NCBI GenBank assembly: GCA_046566325.1
Contig: JBKHWX010000121.1
Coordinates: 1 to 38,370 of the forward strand
Length of the DNA stretch: 38,370 nucleotides
Direction: 5' to 3'
DNA from: Actinomycetes bacterium
Lineage (GTDB): Bacteria; Actinomycetota; Actinomycetes; Actinomycetales; BWSM-131
In this document: positions 1 through 9,997 of the stretch, piece after piece
How the letters are laid out: the number at the start of each line of letters is the position of its first letter
Numbering within the stretch: position 1 is the first letter of the stretch
Position numbers and translations under genes: made by a program
The notes under the pieces: generated by a model
What the model saw: only the letters and a program-made list of their open reading frames with translations
Told to the model about the DNA's origin: nothing
Database searches by the model: none

Positions 1-120
1 GACGAGAAGCGGATCGAGAAGCACACGGTGCGGCCACGGCCCGCCACCGGCGGTCCCGCCGAGACCGAGCAGTCCGGCAAGCCCGCGCGCTCCGGCACAG
101 GCGAGGAGGTGGGGTCCTGA
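1..120 (+). CDS. 3' end of probable CoA-transferase subunit A (partial)
   Basis: Frame 1 reads [11 protein letters not shown]...EEVGS*. The KRIEK-x-TV C-terminus is typical of 3-oxoacid CoA-transferase A subunits, and the stop overlaps the subunit B start (TGATG). Confidence 0.75.
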   Translation, partial: DEKRIEKHTVRPRPATGGPAETEQSGKPARSGTGEEVGS

Positions 121-785
121 TGGCGCTGACCCGCGAGCAGATGGCGGCCCGGGCGGCGGCCGAGCTGTCGGACGGCTCGTACGTCAACCTGGGCATCGGC
201 CTGCCGACGCTCGTGCCGAACTACGTGCCGGACGACGTCGAGATCGTGCTGCAGTCCGAGAACGGGATCCTCGGGGTCGGCGCCTATCCCTACGAGGGCG
301 AGGAGGACCCGGACCTCATCAACGCCGGCAAGGAGACGGTGACGCTGCGCAAGGGCGCCGCGTTCTTCGACTCCGCCATGAGCTTCGGCATGATCCGCGG
401 CGGCAAGATCGACGCCGCCATCCTCGGCGCCATGCAGGTCTCCGCGGCCGGCGACATCGCGAACTGGACCATCCCCGGCAAGATGATCAAGGGCATGGGC
501 GGGGCCATGGACCTCGTCCACGGCGCCAAGAAGGTCATCGTCCTCATGGAGCACGTCGCCAAGGACGGCTCGTACAAGGTGGTGAACGAGTGCTCCCTGC
601 CCTATACCGGCAGGGGCGTCGTGCAGCGCATCATCACCGACCTCGCCGTGATCGACGTCACGCCGGACGGCCTCGTGCTCCGCGAGACGGCCCCGGGAGT
701 GAGCGTCGACGAGGTCCGCGAGAAGACGGAACCGCCTCTTCTCGTGGACGACGTCGCGGAGGTGACCGTCGCCGTCCCCTCGTAG
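120..785 (+). CDS. scoB: 3-oxoacid CoA-transferase subunit B (ScoB/PcaJ family)
   Basis: [10 protein letters not shown], catalytic SENG motif, GMGGAMDL. Confidence 0.92.
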   Translation: MALTREQMAARAAAELSDGSYVNLGIGLPTLVPNYVPDDVEIVLQSENGILGVGAYPYEGEEDPDLINAGKETVTLRKGAAFFDSAMSFGMIRGGKIDAAILGAMQVSAAGDIANWTIPGKMIKGMGGAMDLVHGAKKVIVLMEHVAKDGSYKVVNECSLPYTGRGVVQRIITDLAVIDVTPDGLVLRETAPGVSVDEVREKTEPPLLVDDVAEVTVAVPS

Positions 786-858
786 CGAGGGCAGCTCCCG
801 CGAGACCGCAACTCCCGAGGCCGTTTCCAGGCAGCGTCCGGGGAGCGCGCGTCATCGG

Positions 859-2058
859 CTACCCGAGGAACGGCCCCGGCACGGATGCGAGGACGAGGTC
901 GCCGTGGCCGTGCACCTCAAGGGGACCGTCGGATGCGGGCACGAACGCCGACTCTCCTCGTCGAAGCGGCAGCGTCTCCTGCCCGGCGGCGAGCTCGACC
1001 GCGCCGTCCAGGCAGAGCAGGATGCGCGGGCCCGTCTGCGAGAGGCGCACGGTCTCGCCACGCACCACGACCTGGCTCAGCTCGAACTCCTCGGCCGGGG
1101 TCCGCCAGGTACGGCAGCCACCGTCCTCGGCGGGGACGACGTACGGCACGTCGCTCGGGGTGAAGTCGACGACCCGCAGCAGCTCCGGGATGTCCACGTG
1201 CTTCTCGGTGAGCCCACCGCGCAGCACGTTGTCCGAGCACGCCATCAGCTCGACGGCCGTGCCCCGCAGGTGCGCGTGGATGTTGCCCGCCGCCAGGAAG
1301 AGCGCCTCTCCCGGCGCGAGCGAGACGCGGTGCAGGAGGAGCGAGACCAGGACGCCGGGGTCCCCCGGGCAGGACGACGCGAGCGCCACGACCGTGGCGT
1401 CCTCGAGCGGGTAGGGCGAGCCGCTCCGGAGCCGAGCCGCGCACGCGTCCGCGACGCGCCGCACCAGGTCCGGTCGCGGCGACCCGTCGCCGAGCACCTC
1501 GGTGAAGACGGCCCGCAGCGACTCCGCGCTCGGGTCCTGCGCGAGCTGGTCGCGCCAGACGTCCACCTCCGGCACACCGAGCCCCTCGAGCAGCTCGGCG
1601 GTCTCCTTCGGGTCACGGAAGCCGCAGAGCGCTTCGAACCGTGTCAGGGCGAGCACCAGCTCGGGCTTGTGCTGGTCGTCCTTGTACCTGCGGTGGGGCG
1701 CGTCCATCGGCACGCCGCTGCGCTGCTCCACCGCCCAGCCGTCGGCGGCCTGCCCAGAGCTCGGATGCACCTGCAGGGAGAGCGGCCGGTCGGCGGCCAG
1801 CACCTTGAGCAGGTACGGGACCCGGGCACCGAACCTCTCCAGGACGTCCGCCCCGAGCACGGCGGCGGGCGCGTCTCGTACCACCTCGTCGAGCGGCCGC
1901 TCACCGCCGGAGTCGACGACCAGGGACGGGCCGCTCTCGTGCGCTCCCAGCCACAGCTCCGCCTGGGGCGACCCGTCGGCCTCCACCGCCAGCAGCTCCG
2001 GGATCGCGGTCCGCGAACCCCAGGCGTAGTGACGGACGGGGTTCTTGAGCGGCTTCAT
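859..2058 (-). CDS. manA: Mannose-6-phosphate isomerase, class I
   Basis: YAWGS, AELWLGAH, PLSLQVHP, YKDDQHKPE, SDNVLRGGLT motifs. Start set at MKPLKN (2058). Confidence 0.95.
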   Translation of the reverse strand: MKPLKNPVRHYAWGSRTAIPELLAVEADGSPQAELWLGAHESGPSLVVDSGGERPLDEVVRDAPAAVLGADVLERFGARVPYLLKVLAADRPLSLQVHPSSGQAADGWAVEQRSGVPMDAPHRRYKDDQHKPELVLALTRFEALCGFRDPKETAELLEGLGVPEVDVWRDQLAQDPSAESLRAVFTEVLGDGSPRPDLVRRVADACAARLRSGSPYPLEDATVVALASSCPGDPGVLVSLLLHRVSLAPGEALFLAAGNIHAHLRGTAVELMACSDNVLRGGLTEKHVDIPELLRVVDFTPSDVPYVVPAEDGGCRTWRTPAEEFELSQVVVRGETVRLSQTGPRILLCLDGAVELAAGQETLPLRRGESAFVPASDGPLEVHGHGDLVLASVPGPFLG

Positions 2059-2125
2059 GATGATGTCAGGGTACCTGCCCATTCGTCCCAGGAAGGTGAC
2101 ATTCGACGCGACCTAGGCTGAGCGG

Positions 2126-3238
2126 GTGACCGCCCCGGACGCCGACCCCGCCCGCGTCGCCGTCACCGTGGAGCAGGCCTGGCACCGCGTGCCGGGCGGC
2201 ACCGCGACGTCCGTCCTCCAGGCGCTGGCCGCGCTCGCGCAGCGGGACGACGTCGCCGTCGTCGGCGTGTCGGCGCGGCACCGCCACCTGCCGCCCGAGG
2301 CGTTCCGCCCGCCCGTGCCCGTCCGGCAGCTCCCGCTCCCCCGCCCCCTGCTGTACGAGGCGTGGCACCGCCTGCGCTGGCCCGCCGTCCAGACGGCGAC
2401 GGGTCCGGTGGACGTCGTCCACGCCACCACGTTCGCAATCCCGCCGAAGCGAGGCCCGCTGGTCGTCACCGTGCACGACCTCGCGTTCCTCGCCGACCCT
2501 CAGCACTTCACCCGCCGCGGCAACCGGTTCTTCCGTCGGGGGCTCGAGCTGACGAAGCGGGAGGCCGACCTCGTCGTCGTCCCCTCGACGGCGACGCTGC
2601 AGGAGTGTGTGGCGGCGGGCGTCGACGAGGACCGGCTGCGGCTCGTCCCGCACGGTGTGCGGCACCTGCCCGTCGCGGAGGACCGGGCGGGCGCCGTCCG
2701 CCGCCGGCTCGGCCTCGACCGCCCGTACGTGCTGTGGTGCGGGACGCTCGAGCCGCGCAAGAACCTGCCCACGCTGCTGACAGCCTTCGCGGCCGTGGCG
2801 CGCACCCGGCCGGAGCTCGACCTCGCCCTCGTCGGTCCGACCGGATGGGGGGACGCCGGACTCGGCTCGGCCCCGCCCGAGCGCGTCCGCCTGGTCGGGT
2901 TCCTGGACGACCCGGACCTGCACGCCGTCTACGCCGGCGCCCGCGCCTTCTGCTACCCGTCGATCCGGGAGGGGTTCGGGATGCCCGTGCTGGAGGCGAT
3001 GTCCCACGGCGTACCGGTCGTGACGTCGTCGGGTACCCCGATGGAGGAGCTCGTGGGGGAGGCCGGGATCGCGGTCCCGGCACTGGACACGGACGGCGTC
3101 GCCGAGGCTCTGCTCACGGCGACCGGCCCAGCCCACGACGACCTGGCCAGGCGCGCCCGTGAGCGGGCCGGGAGGTACTCGTGGGAGCGGGCCGCCGACC
3201 AGCTCGCGACGGTCTATCGGGAGGTCGCAGGACGCTGA
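2126..3238 (+). CDS. Glycosyltransferase family 4 (MtfB-like)
   Basis: VVTVHDLAF, GTLEPRKN, EGFGMPVLEAM. GTG start lies 6 nt after TAGGCT. Confidence 0.92.
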   Translation: MTAPDADPARVAVTVEQAWHRVPGGTATSVLQALAALAQRDDVAVVGVSARHRHLPPEAFRPPVPVRQLPLPRPLLYEAWHRLRWPAVQTATGPVDVVHATTFAIPPKRGPLVVTVHDLAFLADPQHFTRRGNRFFRRGLELTKREADLVVVPSTATLQECVAAGVDEDRLRLVPHGVRHLPVAEDRAGAVRRRLGLDRPYVLWCGTLEPRKNLPTLLTAFAAVARTRPELDLALVGPTGWGDAGLGSAPPERVRLVGFLDDPDLHAVYAGARAFCYPSIREGFGMPVLEAMSHGVPVVTSSGTPMEELVGEAGIAVPALDTDGVAEALLTATGPAHDDLARRARERAGRYSWERAADQLATVYREVAGR

Positions 3239-3294
3239 CCCTGGCAGCGCGCCGCTGAGCGTCCCGAGACCCGCCGTGGTGAACACTGTCCGGC

Positions 3295-4164
3295 ATGCGC
3301 GGAATCATCCTGGCCGGCGGGTCCGGCACCCGGCTGCACCCGATCACCCAGGGCGTGAGCAAGCAGCTGGTCCCGGTCTACGACAAGCCGATGGTCTACT
3401 ACCCGCTGTCGACACTGATGCTGGCCGGCATCTCGGACGTGCTCGTGATCACGACGCCCCACGACGCGGAGCAGTTCGAGCGGCTGCTCGGGAACGGCTC
3501 CCAGTTCGGCATCTCGGTCACCTACGCCCAACAGCCACGGCCGGAGGGCCTGGCACAGGCGTTCGTGATCGGCGCCGACTTCCTCGGCTCGGACGCCGCC
3601 GCCCTCGTGCTCGGGGACAACATCTTCTACGGGCCGACCCTCGGCAGCCAGCTCGGCCGGTTCAGCGAGCTCGACGGAGGAGTGGTCTTCGCCTACTGGG
3701 TGGCTGAGCCGACCACGTACGGCGTGGTGGAGTTCGACGACCAGGGACGCGCGCTGTCGCTGGAGGAGAAGCCGGCCGACCCCAAGAGCAACTACGCCGT
3801 GCCGGGCCTGTACTTCTACAGCAACGACGTCGTCGACATCGCCAGGGACCTCAAGCCCTCAGCGCGCGGGGAGCTGGAGATCACCGACGTCAACCGCATC
3901 TACCTGGAGCAGGGGCGGCTGCAGGTGAACGTGCTCCCCCGCGGGACCGCCTGGCTCGACACCGGCACCTTCGACTCCCTGCTCGACGCCGGCAACTTCG
4001 TCTCCACCCTGGAGGCTCGGCAGGGCCTGAAGATCGGCTGCCCCGAGGAGGTCGCCTGGCGGCGTGGCTGGCTGGACGACGAGGGGTTGCGCGAGCGGGC
4101 GGAGAGCCTGCGCAAGAGCGGCTACGGCGGCTACCTGCTCGAGCTGCTGCAGCGGGGCCGCTGA
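3295..4164 (+). CDS. rfbA: Glucose-1-phosphate thymidylyltransferase
   Basis: [41 protein letters not shown]. Confidence 0.97.
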   Translation: MRGIILAGGSGTRLHPITQGVSKQLVPVYDKPMVYYPLSTLMLAGISDVLVITTPHDAEQFERLLGNGSQFGISVTYAQQPRPEGLAQAFVIGADFLGSDAAALVLGDNIFYGPTLGSQLGRFSELDGGVVFAYWVAEPTTYGVVEFDDQGRALSLEEKPADPKSNYAVPGLYFYSNDVVDIARDLKPSARGELEITDVNRIYLEQGRLQVNVLPRGTAWLDTGTFDSLLDAGNFVSTLEARQGLKIGCPEEVAWRRGWLDDEGLRERAESLRKSGYGGYLLELLQRGR

Positions 4165-4174
4165 CGCTGAGGGG

Positions 4175-5023
4175 TCACCCGGCCAGCACGGACGGTGCCG
4201 CAGCCGCCCACCGCTCCTGCCAGGGGCCGATCGGCTCGACGCCCGCCGCGCCGAGGGCGTCGTGGCCCAGTACCGAGTAGGCAGGGCGCGGGGCCGGGCG
4301 CGGGAAGGCGTCCGACGTCGTCGGGCGCACCATGTCCGGGTCGAGGCCCGCGGCGGCCACCACCTCGCGGGCGAAGCCGCACCAGCTCACCTGCCCGGAC
4401 GACGTCCCGTGGTACGTGCCCGCCGGGACGCCGGCCTCGACCAGCCGCACCAGCAGGTCGGCGACGTCGACCGTCCAGGTCGGCTGTCCCACCTGGTCGT
4501 CGACGACGTCCAGGTGGTCGCGCGTCGCGGCGGCTCCGGCGATGGTCTTCGGGAAGCACCTGCCGTGCGTGCCGTAGAGCCAGGCGGTGCGGACGACGAG
4601 GACGTCGTCCCACTCGGCGCGGACCGCCCACTCCCCCGCCGCCTTCGTCCGGCCGTAGGCGGAGCGCGGCGCCATCGGAGCGTCCTCCCGGTAGGGGGAG
4701 GTCGCAGCACCGTCGAACACGTAGTCCGTGGAGACGTGGGCGAGGCGGGCCCTCGCCTCCGCGGCCGCACGGGCGACGTTGGCGGCTGCGACGGCGTTGA
4801 CGTCGAACGCCGCCGCCTCCTGCGTCTCGGCGTCGTCCACCGCGGTCCACGCCGCGCAGTTCACCACGACGTCGTGGCCACGGACGGCGTCGGCACAGGC
4901 GGCCGGGTCGGTCACGTCCAGGTCGCCGCGGGTGGCGGCGGTCACCACGTGACCCTCCGCGGCGAGCCGGGACACGACGTCACGGCCCAGCATCCCCCCA
5001 GCACCCGTCACCAGCCACCGCAT
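4175..5023 (-). CDS. rfbD: dTDP-4-dehydrorhamnose reductase (RmlD)
   Basis: MRWLVTGAGGMLG, NCAAWTAVD, STDYVFDG, YGRTK, DDQVGQPT, RPAYSVL. True start taken as ATG 5023. Confidence 0.95.
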   Translation of the reverse strand: MRWLVTGAGGMLGRDVVSRLAAEGHVVTAATRGDLDVTDPAACADAVRGHDVVVNCAAWTAVDDAETQEAAAFDVNAVAAANVARAAAEARARLAHVSTDYVFDGAATSPYREDAPMAPRSAYGRTKAAGEWAVRAEWDDVLVVRTAWLYGTHGRCFPKTIAGAAATRDHLDVVDDQVGQPTWTVDVADLLVRLVEAGVPAGTYHGTSSGQVSWCGFAREVVAAAGLDPDMVRPTTSDAFPRPAPRPAYSVLGHDALGAAGVEPIGPWQERWAAAAPSVLAG

Positions 5024-5092
5024 GGCTCGCAAGGGTACCGACGCCCGCGCTAGTAGCCTGACGCTGCCAGGGCGTCGACGTCGGGAGCACTG

Positions 5093-5707
5093 TTGGAGAT
5101 CCGGGAGCTGTCCGTACCAGGCGCCTACGAGGTGACGCCGAAGCAGTTCGGGGACGCCCGAGGCGTCTTCCTCGAGTGGTTCCGCAGCGACCATCTCGCC
5201 GACGTGATCGGTCACGAGATGCAGGTACGTCAGACGAACTGCTCGGTGTCCGCAGCGGGGGTCGTCCGGGGCATCCACTTCGCCGACGTCCCACCCAGCC
5301 AGGCGAAGTACGTGACCTGCTTCACCGGGGCGGTGCTGGACGTCGTCATCGACATCCGCGTCGGCTCACCCACGTTCGGGGAGTGGGACAGCGTCCTGCT
5401 GGACGACGTCGACCGGCGGGCGGTGTACGTCTCGGAGGGCCTCGGCCACGCGTTCATGTCGCTGCAGGACGGGTCCGCCGTCGCCTACCTCTGCTCGACC
5501 CCGTACTCGCCCACCCGCGAGCACGGGGTGCACCCCCTCGACCCGGAGGTGGGCGTCGACTGGCCGACGCAGGACCGGACCGGCCGCCCGATCGAGCCCC
5601 TGCTGTCCGAGAAGGACGGCCAGGCCCCGTCGCTGGCGCAGGCCCGCGAGCAGGGCCTGCTCCCGACGTTGGACGACGCCCGGCGGTTCGTCGACTCCCT
5701 GCGGTGA
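5093..5707 (+). CDS. rfbC: dTDP-4-dehydrorhamnose 3,5-epimerase (RmlC)
   Basis: DARGVFLEWF, GVVRGIHF, QAKYVTC, DIRVGSPTFG, GLGHAF. TTG start with GGGAG upstream. Confidence 0.95.
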   Translation: MEIRELSVPGAYEVTPKQFGDARGVFLEWFRSDHLADVIGHEMQVRQTNCSVSAAGVVRGIHFADVPPSQAKYVTCFTGAVLDVVIDIRVGSPTFGEWDSVLLDDVDRRAVYVSEGLGHAFMSLQDGSAVAYLCSTPYSPTREHGVHPLDPEVGVDWPTQDRTGRPIEPLLSEKDGQAPSLAQAREQGLLPTLDDARRFVDSLR

Positions 5708-6471
5708 CCACGCCCCCGTCGTCCACCGACCCGCCCGAACCAGGCAGCCCAGAGACGGGCAGCCCAGGCACCGGCAGCCCAGACGTCCCCAGCCCAGACA
5801 TCGGCAACCCGGACACCGCCGTCGTCATCCCCGTCTACAACGAGGCCACCGTGATCGCGTCGGTCGTCGAGGGTGTCCTGCGCCACGTCGACAAGGTGGT
5901 GTGCGTCGACGACGGCAGCTCGGACGGGTCCGCGGACGAGATCGCGAAGACCCGGGCCCACCTCGTCCGCCACCCCGTGAACCTCGGCCAGGGCGCCGCG
6001 CTGCAGACCGGTCTCGAGTACGCGCTCCTCGACCCCGCCGTCCGCTACTTCGTCACCTACGACGCGGACGGCCAGCACCGGATGGAGGACGTGCTCACGA
6101 TGCTGGACGTGGCCCGCCAGCAGCACGTGGACGTCGTCTTCGGGTCGCGCTTCCTCGGCGGCCGCAGCGAGGTCGGCGGGGTCAAGCGAGTCGTGCTGAA
6201 GCTGGCGGTCGCCTACATGAACGCGTCGTCCGGGATCCGGCTCACCGACGCCCACAACGGGCTCCGCGTGCTCACGCGGCCCGTCGTGGAGCGGCTGGAC
6301 CTGCGGCAGAACGGCATGGCGCACGCCAGCGAGCTGGTGAACAAGGTCAGCAAGGGGGGGTACTCCTTCGCGGAGGTGCCCGTGCACATCCTCTACACCG
6401 ACTACTCCAAGGGGAAAGGTCAGTCCCTGCTCAACTCCGTGAACATCCTGTTCGACATGCTGTTCCGCTGA
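5704..6471 (+). CDS. GT2 polyprenol-phosphate glycosyltransferase (DPM1/PpgS-like)
   Basis: VVIPVYNE, VDDGSSD, NLGQGAALQTG, DADGQH, TDAHNGLR, YTDYSKGKGQS. GTG start overlaps the rmlC stop. Confidence 0.9.
   Translation: MTTPPSSTDPPEPGSPETGSPGTGSPDVPSPDIGNPDTAVVIPVYNEATVIASVVEGVLRHVDKVVCVDDGSSDGSADEIAKTRAHLVRHPVNLGQGAALQTGLEYALLDPAVRYFVTYDADGQHRMEDVLTMLDVARQQHVDVVFGSRFLGGRSEVGGVKRVVLKLAVAYMNASSGIRLTDAHNGLRVLTRPVVERLDLRQNGMAHASELVNKVSKGGYSFAEVPVHILYTDYSKGKGQSLLNSVNILFDMLFR
5743..5817 (+). repeat. Five degenerate 15-bp tandem units encoding GSPET/GSPGT/GSPDV/PSPDI/GNPDT
   Basis: ggcagcccagagacg, ggcagcccaggcacc, ggcagcccagacgtc, cccagcccagacatc, ggcaacccggacacc. Confidence 0.85.
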
Positions 6472-6480
6472 GGGGGAGCC

Positions 6481-6834
6481 GTGCTGATCCAGATCCTGCT
6501 CGTCGCCGCGATCGCCGTCGTCGTCGTGTCCTTCCTCCACAACCGGAACGCCATGCGCTTCCAGGCCGGCAAGAAGCTGCTGTTCGCCCTGTTCGTGCTC
6601 GCCTGCCTCGTGGCCGTGGTCTACCCCGAGGGCATGACCGCCGTGGCCCACCTCGTGGGGGTCGGCCGTGGGGCCGACCTGATCCTCTACGGCCTGGTCG
6701 TGGCCTTCGTGTTCGTCTCCCTCAACACGTACCTGAAGTTCCGGGACTACGAGGCCCGGCTGACGGCGATCGCCCGCCGGCTGGCGATCGCAGAGGCCCG
6801 CGCCCAGCACCGCGACGGGCAGCCGTGGCACTGA
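6481..6834 (+). CDS. DUF2304 family membrane protein (Rv3632-like GT partner)
   Basis: 117 aa with three hydrophobic segments and GVGRGADLILY. Directly follows the PpgS-like GT2. Confidence 0.9.
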   Translation: MLIQILLVAAIAVVVVSFLHNRNAMRFQAGKKLLFALFVLACLVAVVYPEGMTAVAHLVGVGRGADLILYGLVVAFVFVSLNTYLKFRDYEARLTAIARRLAIAEARAQHRDGQPWH

Positions 6835-8210
6835 GGTCCTCGTCGAACCCCTTCCCCGACCACGACCCGTCGCCGCACGCGGCTCCCTCACCCGAGCGCG
6901 TCCCGGCCCCTGCCCTCCTGCGTCTCCCCCGTGCGGTCCTCGGCGGCCTGCCACGCGGCACCCTCGACGTGGGCGTCGGGCTCGCCGTCCTCGGCGTGGC
7001 CGCGTACGTCTACCTCGCCGTCGCTGGGCGGGCGCTCGGCCCCGAGCGCTTCGCGGCGCTCTCCGTCGTGTGGGTCCTCGTCTTCACCGTGGGTCCCGGC
7101 CTCTTCGTCCCGCTCGAGCAGGAGATCGGCAGGGCGGTGGCCGAACGGCGGGCTCGACACGTGGGCGGTCTCCCGGTCCTGCGGACGGCGGCTCTGCTCG
7201 GCGCCGTCTTCGCCGTCGGCGTCCTCGTCCTGCTCGCGGCCGCGTCGCCCGTGATCGTTCCCGCCCTGTTCCGGGGCAACGGCGTCCTGCTCGTGATGAC
7301 CGGGCTCGCCGTGGTCTCGCTCGCGGTGGCCTACCCCAGCCGGGGCGCGCTGGCCGGGTCCGGACGGTTCCGCCGGTACGGGGCGCAGCTCAGCGTCGAA
7401 GGCGCGCTGCGGGTCGCGGTGGCAGTCGGCCTGTGGGTCGCGGGTGTCCGCTCCACCGGCGCGTTCGCGCTGGCGCTCGCGCTGCCGGCGCTCGTCGCCG
7501 CCCTCGTCACCGTCCCACCGCCGCGCCGTCTCCTGGACGACGGCCCCCACGCCAGCGTGCACGAGCTGTCCGGACGGATCGGCCTGCTGCTGGGCATCTC
7601 GCTGATGACGAACTCGCTCGTGAACGCGGGCCCCGTGCTGGTGCAGGCGCTGGCGTCCCCGTCGGAGAAGGCCGCGGCAGGGGTCTTCCTGGCGGCCCTG
7701 ATCGTGGCGAGGGTGCCGCTGTTCCTGTTCTCCGCGGTCCAGGCCGTGATGCTCCCCCGCCTGGCGTCGCTGGCGGCGGTGGGCGCCGCTCACGACTTCA
7801 CCCGCCTGCTCTACCGGGTGCTGCTGCTCGTCGGCTCGATCGGAGCGGTCGGCGTCCTCGGCTGCCTGACGGTCGGCCCGGAGGTCATCGTCGTCTTCTT
7901 CGGCGGCGACTTCGCGTTCCCGCGCACGGACCTGGTGCTGCTGGCAGTTGCCAGCGCCGCCTACATGGTGGGGGTGGCGCTCACCCAGGTGCTCGTGGCG
8001 CTCGATCAGCACCATCGCGCGCTGCTGGCCTGGGTCGTCGGCGTCGTCGTGCTGGTCTTGCTCACGCTCGTGCTGCACGACCTGCTGCTGCGGGTGGAGC
8101 TGGGCTTCCTGTTCGGCAGCACGAGCGCCGTCCTCGCCCTCGCTATCCTCCTGCGAACCCCGATGGCCGCTCTTCGAGGACGGCACCAGCCAGCGGACGG
8201 AACCTCGTGA
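6825..8210 (+). CDS. Polysaccharide biosynthesis membrane protein, Wzx/MATE-like flippase (start uncertain)
   Basis: About 12 hydrophobic segments; LAVAGRALGPERF, PLEQEIGR, ARVPLFLF. Confidence 0.8.
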   Translation: MALRSSSNPFPDHDPSPHAAPSPERVPAPALLRLPRAVLGGLPRGTLDVGVGLAVLGVAAYVYLAVAGRALGPERFAALSVVWVLVFTVGPGLFVPLEQEIGRAVAERRARHVGGLPVLRTAALLGAVFAVGVLVLLAAASPVIVPALFRGNGVLLVMTGLAVVSLAVAYPSRGALAGSGRFRRYGAQLSVEGALRVAVAVGLWVAGVRSTGAFALALALPALVAALVTVPPPRRLLDDGPHASVHELSGRIGLLLGISLMTNSLVNAGPVLVQALASPSEKAAAGVFLAALIVARVPLFLFSAVQAVMLPRLASLAAVGAAHDFTRLLYRVLLLVGSIGAVGVLGCLTVGPEVIVVFFGGDFAFPRTDLVLLAVASAAYMVGVALTQVLVALDQHHRALLAWVVGVVVLVLLTLVLHDLLLRVELGFLFGSTSAVLALAILLRTPMAALRGRHQPADGTS

Positions 8211-9052
8211 AGCTCACCGTGCTCATGACCGTCTACGACGGCGCGGAGCCGGACCAGCTGCGACGTGCGCTCGAGAGCGTGGTCCGGCAGACCCGGGTGC
8301 CGGACGAGATCCTCGTCGTGGAGGACGGGCCCCTGCGTCCGGCGTTGCGGGAGGTGCTCGCGCGCTTCCAGGACGACCGTCGGGACGTCGTCCGCCTGCT
8401 GCCGCTCCCCGAGAACGTCGGCGGCGGCGCGGCCTCCGACGTGGGCCTTCGGGCGGCGACGTGGGACGTCGTCGCGAAGATGGACGCGGACGACGTGGCC
8501 ATGCCGACGCGGTTCGAGACCCAGCTGAGGCTGCTCGAGGAGCAGGGGCTCGACGTGGTCGGGTCGAGCATGCTGGAGTTCGAAGGCGCCGAGAGCAACG
8601 TCGTGGGGCTGCGCCGTCCCCCTCTCTCCCACCAGGAGATCGCGCGGTACGCCCGCCTGCACAACCCGCTCAACCATCCCACCGTGATGATGCGACGGGA
8701 CGCGGCCCTGCGGGCCGGCGGGTACGTCGAGATCAAGTACGTCGAGGACTACGACCTGTGGGCCCGGATGCTCGCGTCGGGAGCGAGGTTCGGCAACGTC
8801 GCCGAGCCGTTGCTGCTCTTCCGGACGTCGTCCGCGATGTACCGGCGCCGTGCCGGCGTGGCGCTCCTGCGGTCGGAGTGGGTGCTGCAGCGTCGGCTGC
8901 AGGAGCTCGGGCTCGTCAGCGGCTGGCAGCGGGCACGGAACCTCGTGCTCCGGTGCACCTTCCGGCTGCTGCCCACCGGCCTGCTGCGGCTCGCGTACGC
9001 CCGGCTGCTCCGGGCGCGGAGGGCGTCAGACGCTGCGGCTGGGCTCCGGTGA
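8207..9052 (+). CDS. Glycosyltransferase family 2 (AmsE-like)
   Basis: LTVLMTVY, VVEDGPL, AKMDADD, NHPTVMMRR, EDYDLW. Confidence 0.9.
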   Translation: MKLTVLMTVYDGAEPDQLRRALESVVRQTRVPDEILVVEDGPLRPALREVLARFQDDRRDVVRLLPLPENVGGGAASDVGLRAATWDVVAKMDADDVAMPTRFETQLRLLEEQGLDVVGSSMLEFEGAESNVVGLRRPPLSHQEIARYARLHNPLNHPTVMMRRDAALRAGGYVEIKYVEDYDLWARMLASGARFGNVAEPLLLFRTSSAMYRRRAGVALLRSEWVLQRRLQELGLVSGWQRARNLVLRCTFRLLPTGLLRLAYARLLRARRASDAAAGLR

Positions 9053-9997
9053 CGGCTGAGCGTCGGGTGACGCCTGAGCCTGAGGTGACGGATGGGCCTC
9101 GCGTGACGGATGGGCCTTCGCTGAGGGCTGAGCCTTCGCTGACGGCTCGGCCTGGGCGGACAAGTGGCGGCGCGCCGGACGCTGCCTCCGCAACCGTCCG
9201 AACGCCTGACCGATCGCGTGCTGTCCCGTGGCGAGGCCCATCCGCGCCCTGACGATGTACGGGACGAGCCGGCTCGGGATACGGAACGAGATGGCCGTCG
9301 TCCCCGCCGGCCAGACCCGCACGACCTCCTGCTCCGCCACGGTCTGCCGCTCGTGCTCGAGCCCGCTGGTCGGCAGCCAGGCATCCAGCGCCTCCCGCCA
9401 GGGACCCGGGTCACCCCAGGTCGCGTACAGCTTGTGCGACGTGGTCACGAGCACATGGAGACCGCCCGCCACCTCCCCCCACACGACCGCCGCCACCCCG
9501 GGCGTGTGCTCGCTGCGGTAGTCGTCGAAGACGACCACTCCGTCGGGGGCGAGCAGCGTGCGAGCGGCCTCGACGTCACCGACGACGTGCTCGTACAGGT
9601 GGGAGGCGTCGATATGGACGAACCGGTGCGTCCCATGGCTGGCAGAAGCGGTGATCTGCGAGCTCGGCGCCCTCACGACGACCGGGAGCTCGCCGTGGAT
9701 GCGCCGGTAGTTCTGCTCGAACCGCTCCTGCGACAGGCCTGGGTACTGCCCGGTGTTCTCGTCGGCGTTCTCGTCGTCGCCCGGGTTCGCGCCGAACAGG
9801 TCGATGACGGTGAAGGTCTCGCCCGGACGCACGTAGGCACCGATGAGGGCCGCGCTCTTGCCGAGGTAGGCGCCCAGCTCGGCGACATCGCCTCCGAGGT
9901 CTCGGGCGGACAGGAAGAAGCGGAAGAGGGCCTTGTCCGTGCCCGTGAACCAGCCCTCGATCCCGTCGATCTCGCTGTCGGTGACGTCCCGCCGCAT
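9026..9997 (-). CDS. Class I SAM-dependent methyltransferase (Methyltransf_24-like)
   Basis: IEGWF, ELGAYLGKS (motif I), FVHIDASHLY, GVVVFDDY. Start set at MRRDVTD. Confidence 0.88.
   Translation of the reverse strand: MRRDVTDSEIDGIEGWFTGTDKALFRFFLSARDLGGDVAELGAYLGKSAALIGAYVRPGETFTVIDLFGANPGDDENADENTGQYPGLSQERFEQNYRRIHGELPVVVRAPSSQITASASHGTHRFVHIDASHLYEHVVGDVEAARTLLAPDGVVVFDDYRSEHTPGVAAVVWGEVAGGLHVLVTTSHKLYATWGDPGPWREALDAWLPTSGLEHERQTVAEQEVVRVWPAGTTAISFRIPSRLVPYIVRARMGLATGQHAIGQAFGRLRRQRPARRHLSAQAEPSAKAQPSAKAHPSREAHPSPQAQASPDAQPSPEPSRSV
9050..9157. repeat. Six degenerate 18-bp tandem units
   Basis: Units tgacggctgagcgtcggg, tgacgcctgagcctgagg, tgacggatgggcctcgcg, tgacggatgggccttcgc, tgagggctgagccttcgc, tgacggctcggcctgggc. 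They encode the S-x-x-A-x-P tail of the methyltransferase. Confidence 0.85.

Noticed and set aside
786-858. Bidirectional terminator between scoB and manA
   Set aside because: No convincing stem could be read.
5176-9052. Apparent giant fusions (5176-6471, 5901-8210, 7070-9052; likewise 25472-27769 and 35029-36384)
   Set aside because: The N-terminal parts are off-frame reads of the upstream genes. The real starts are GTG codons coupled to the previous stop.
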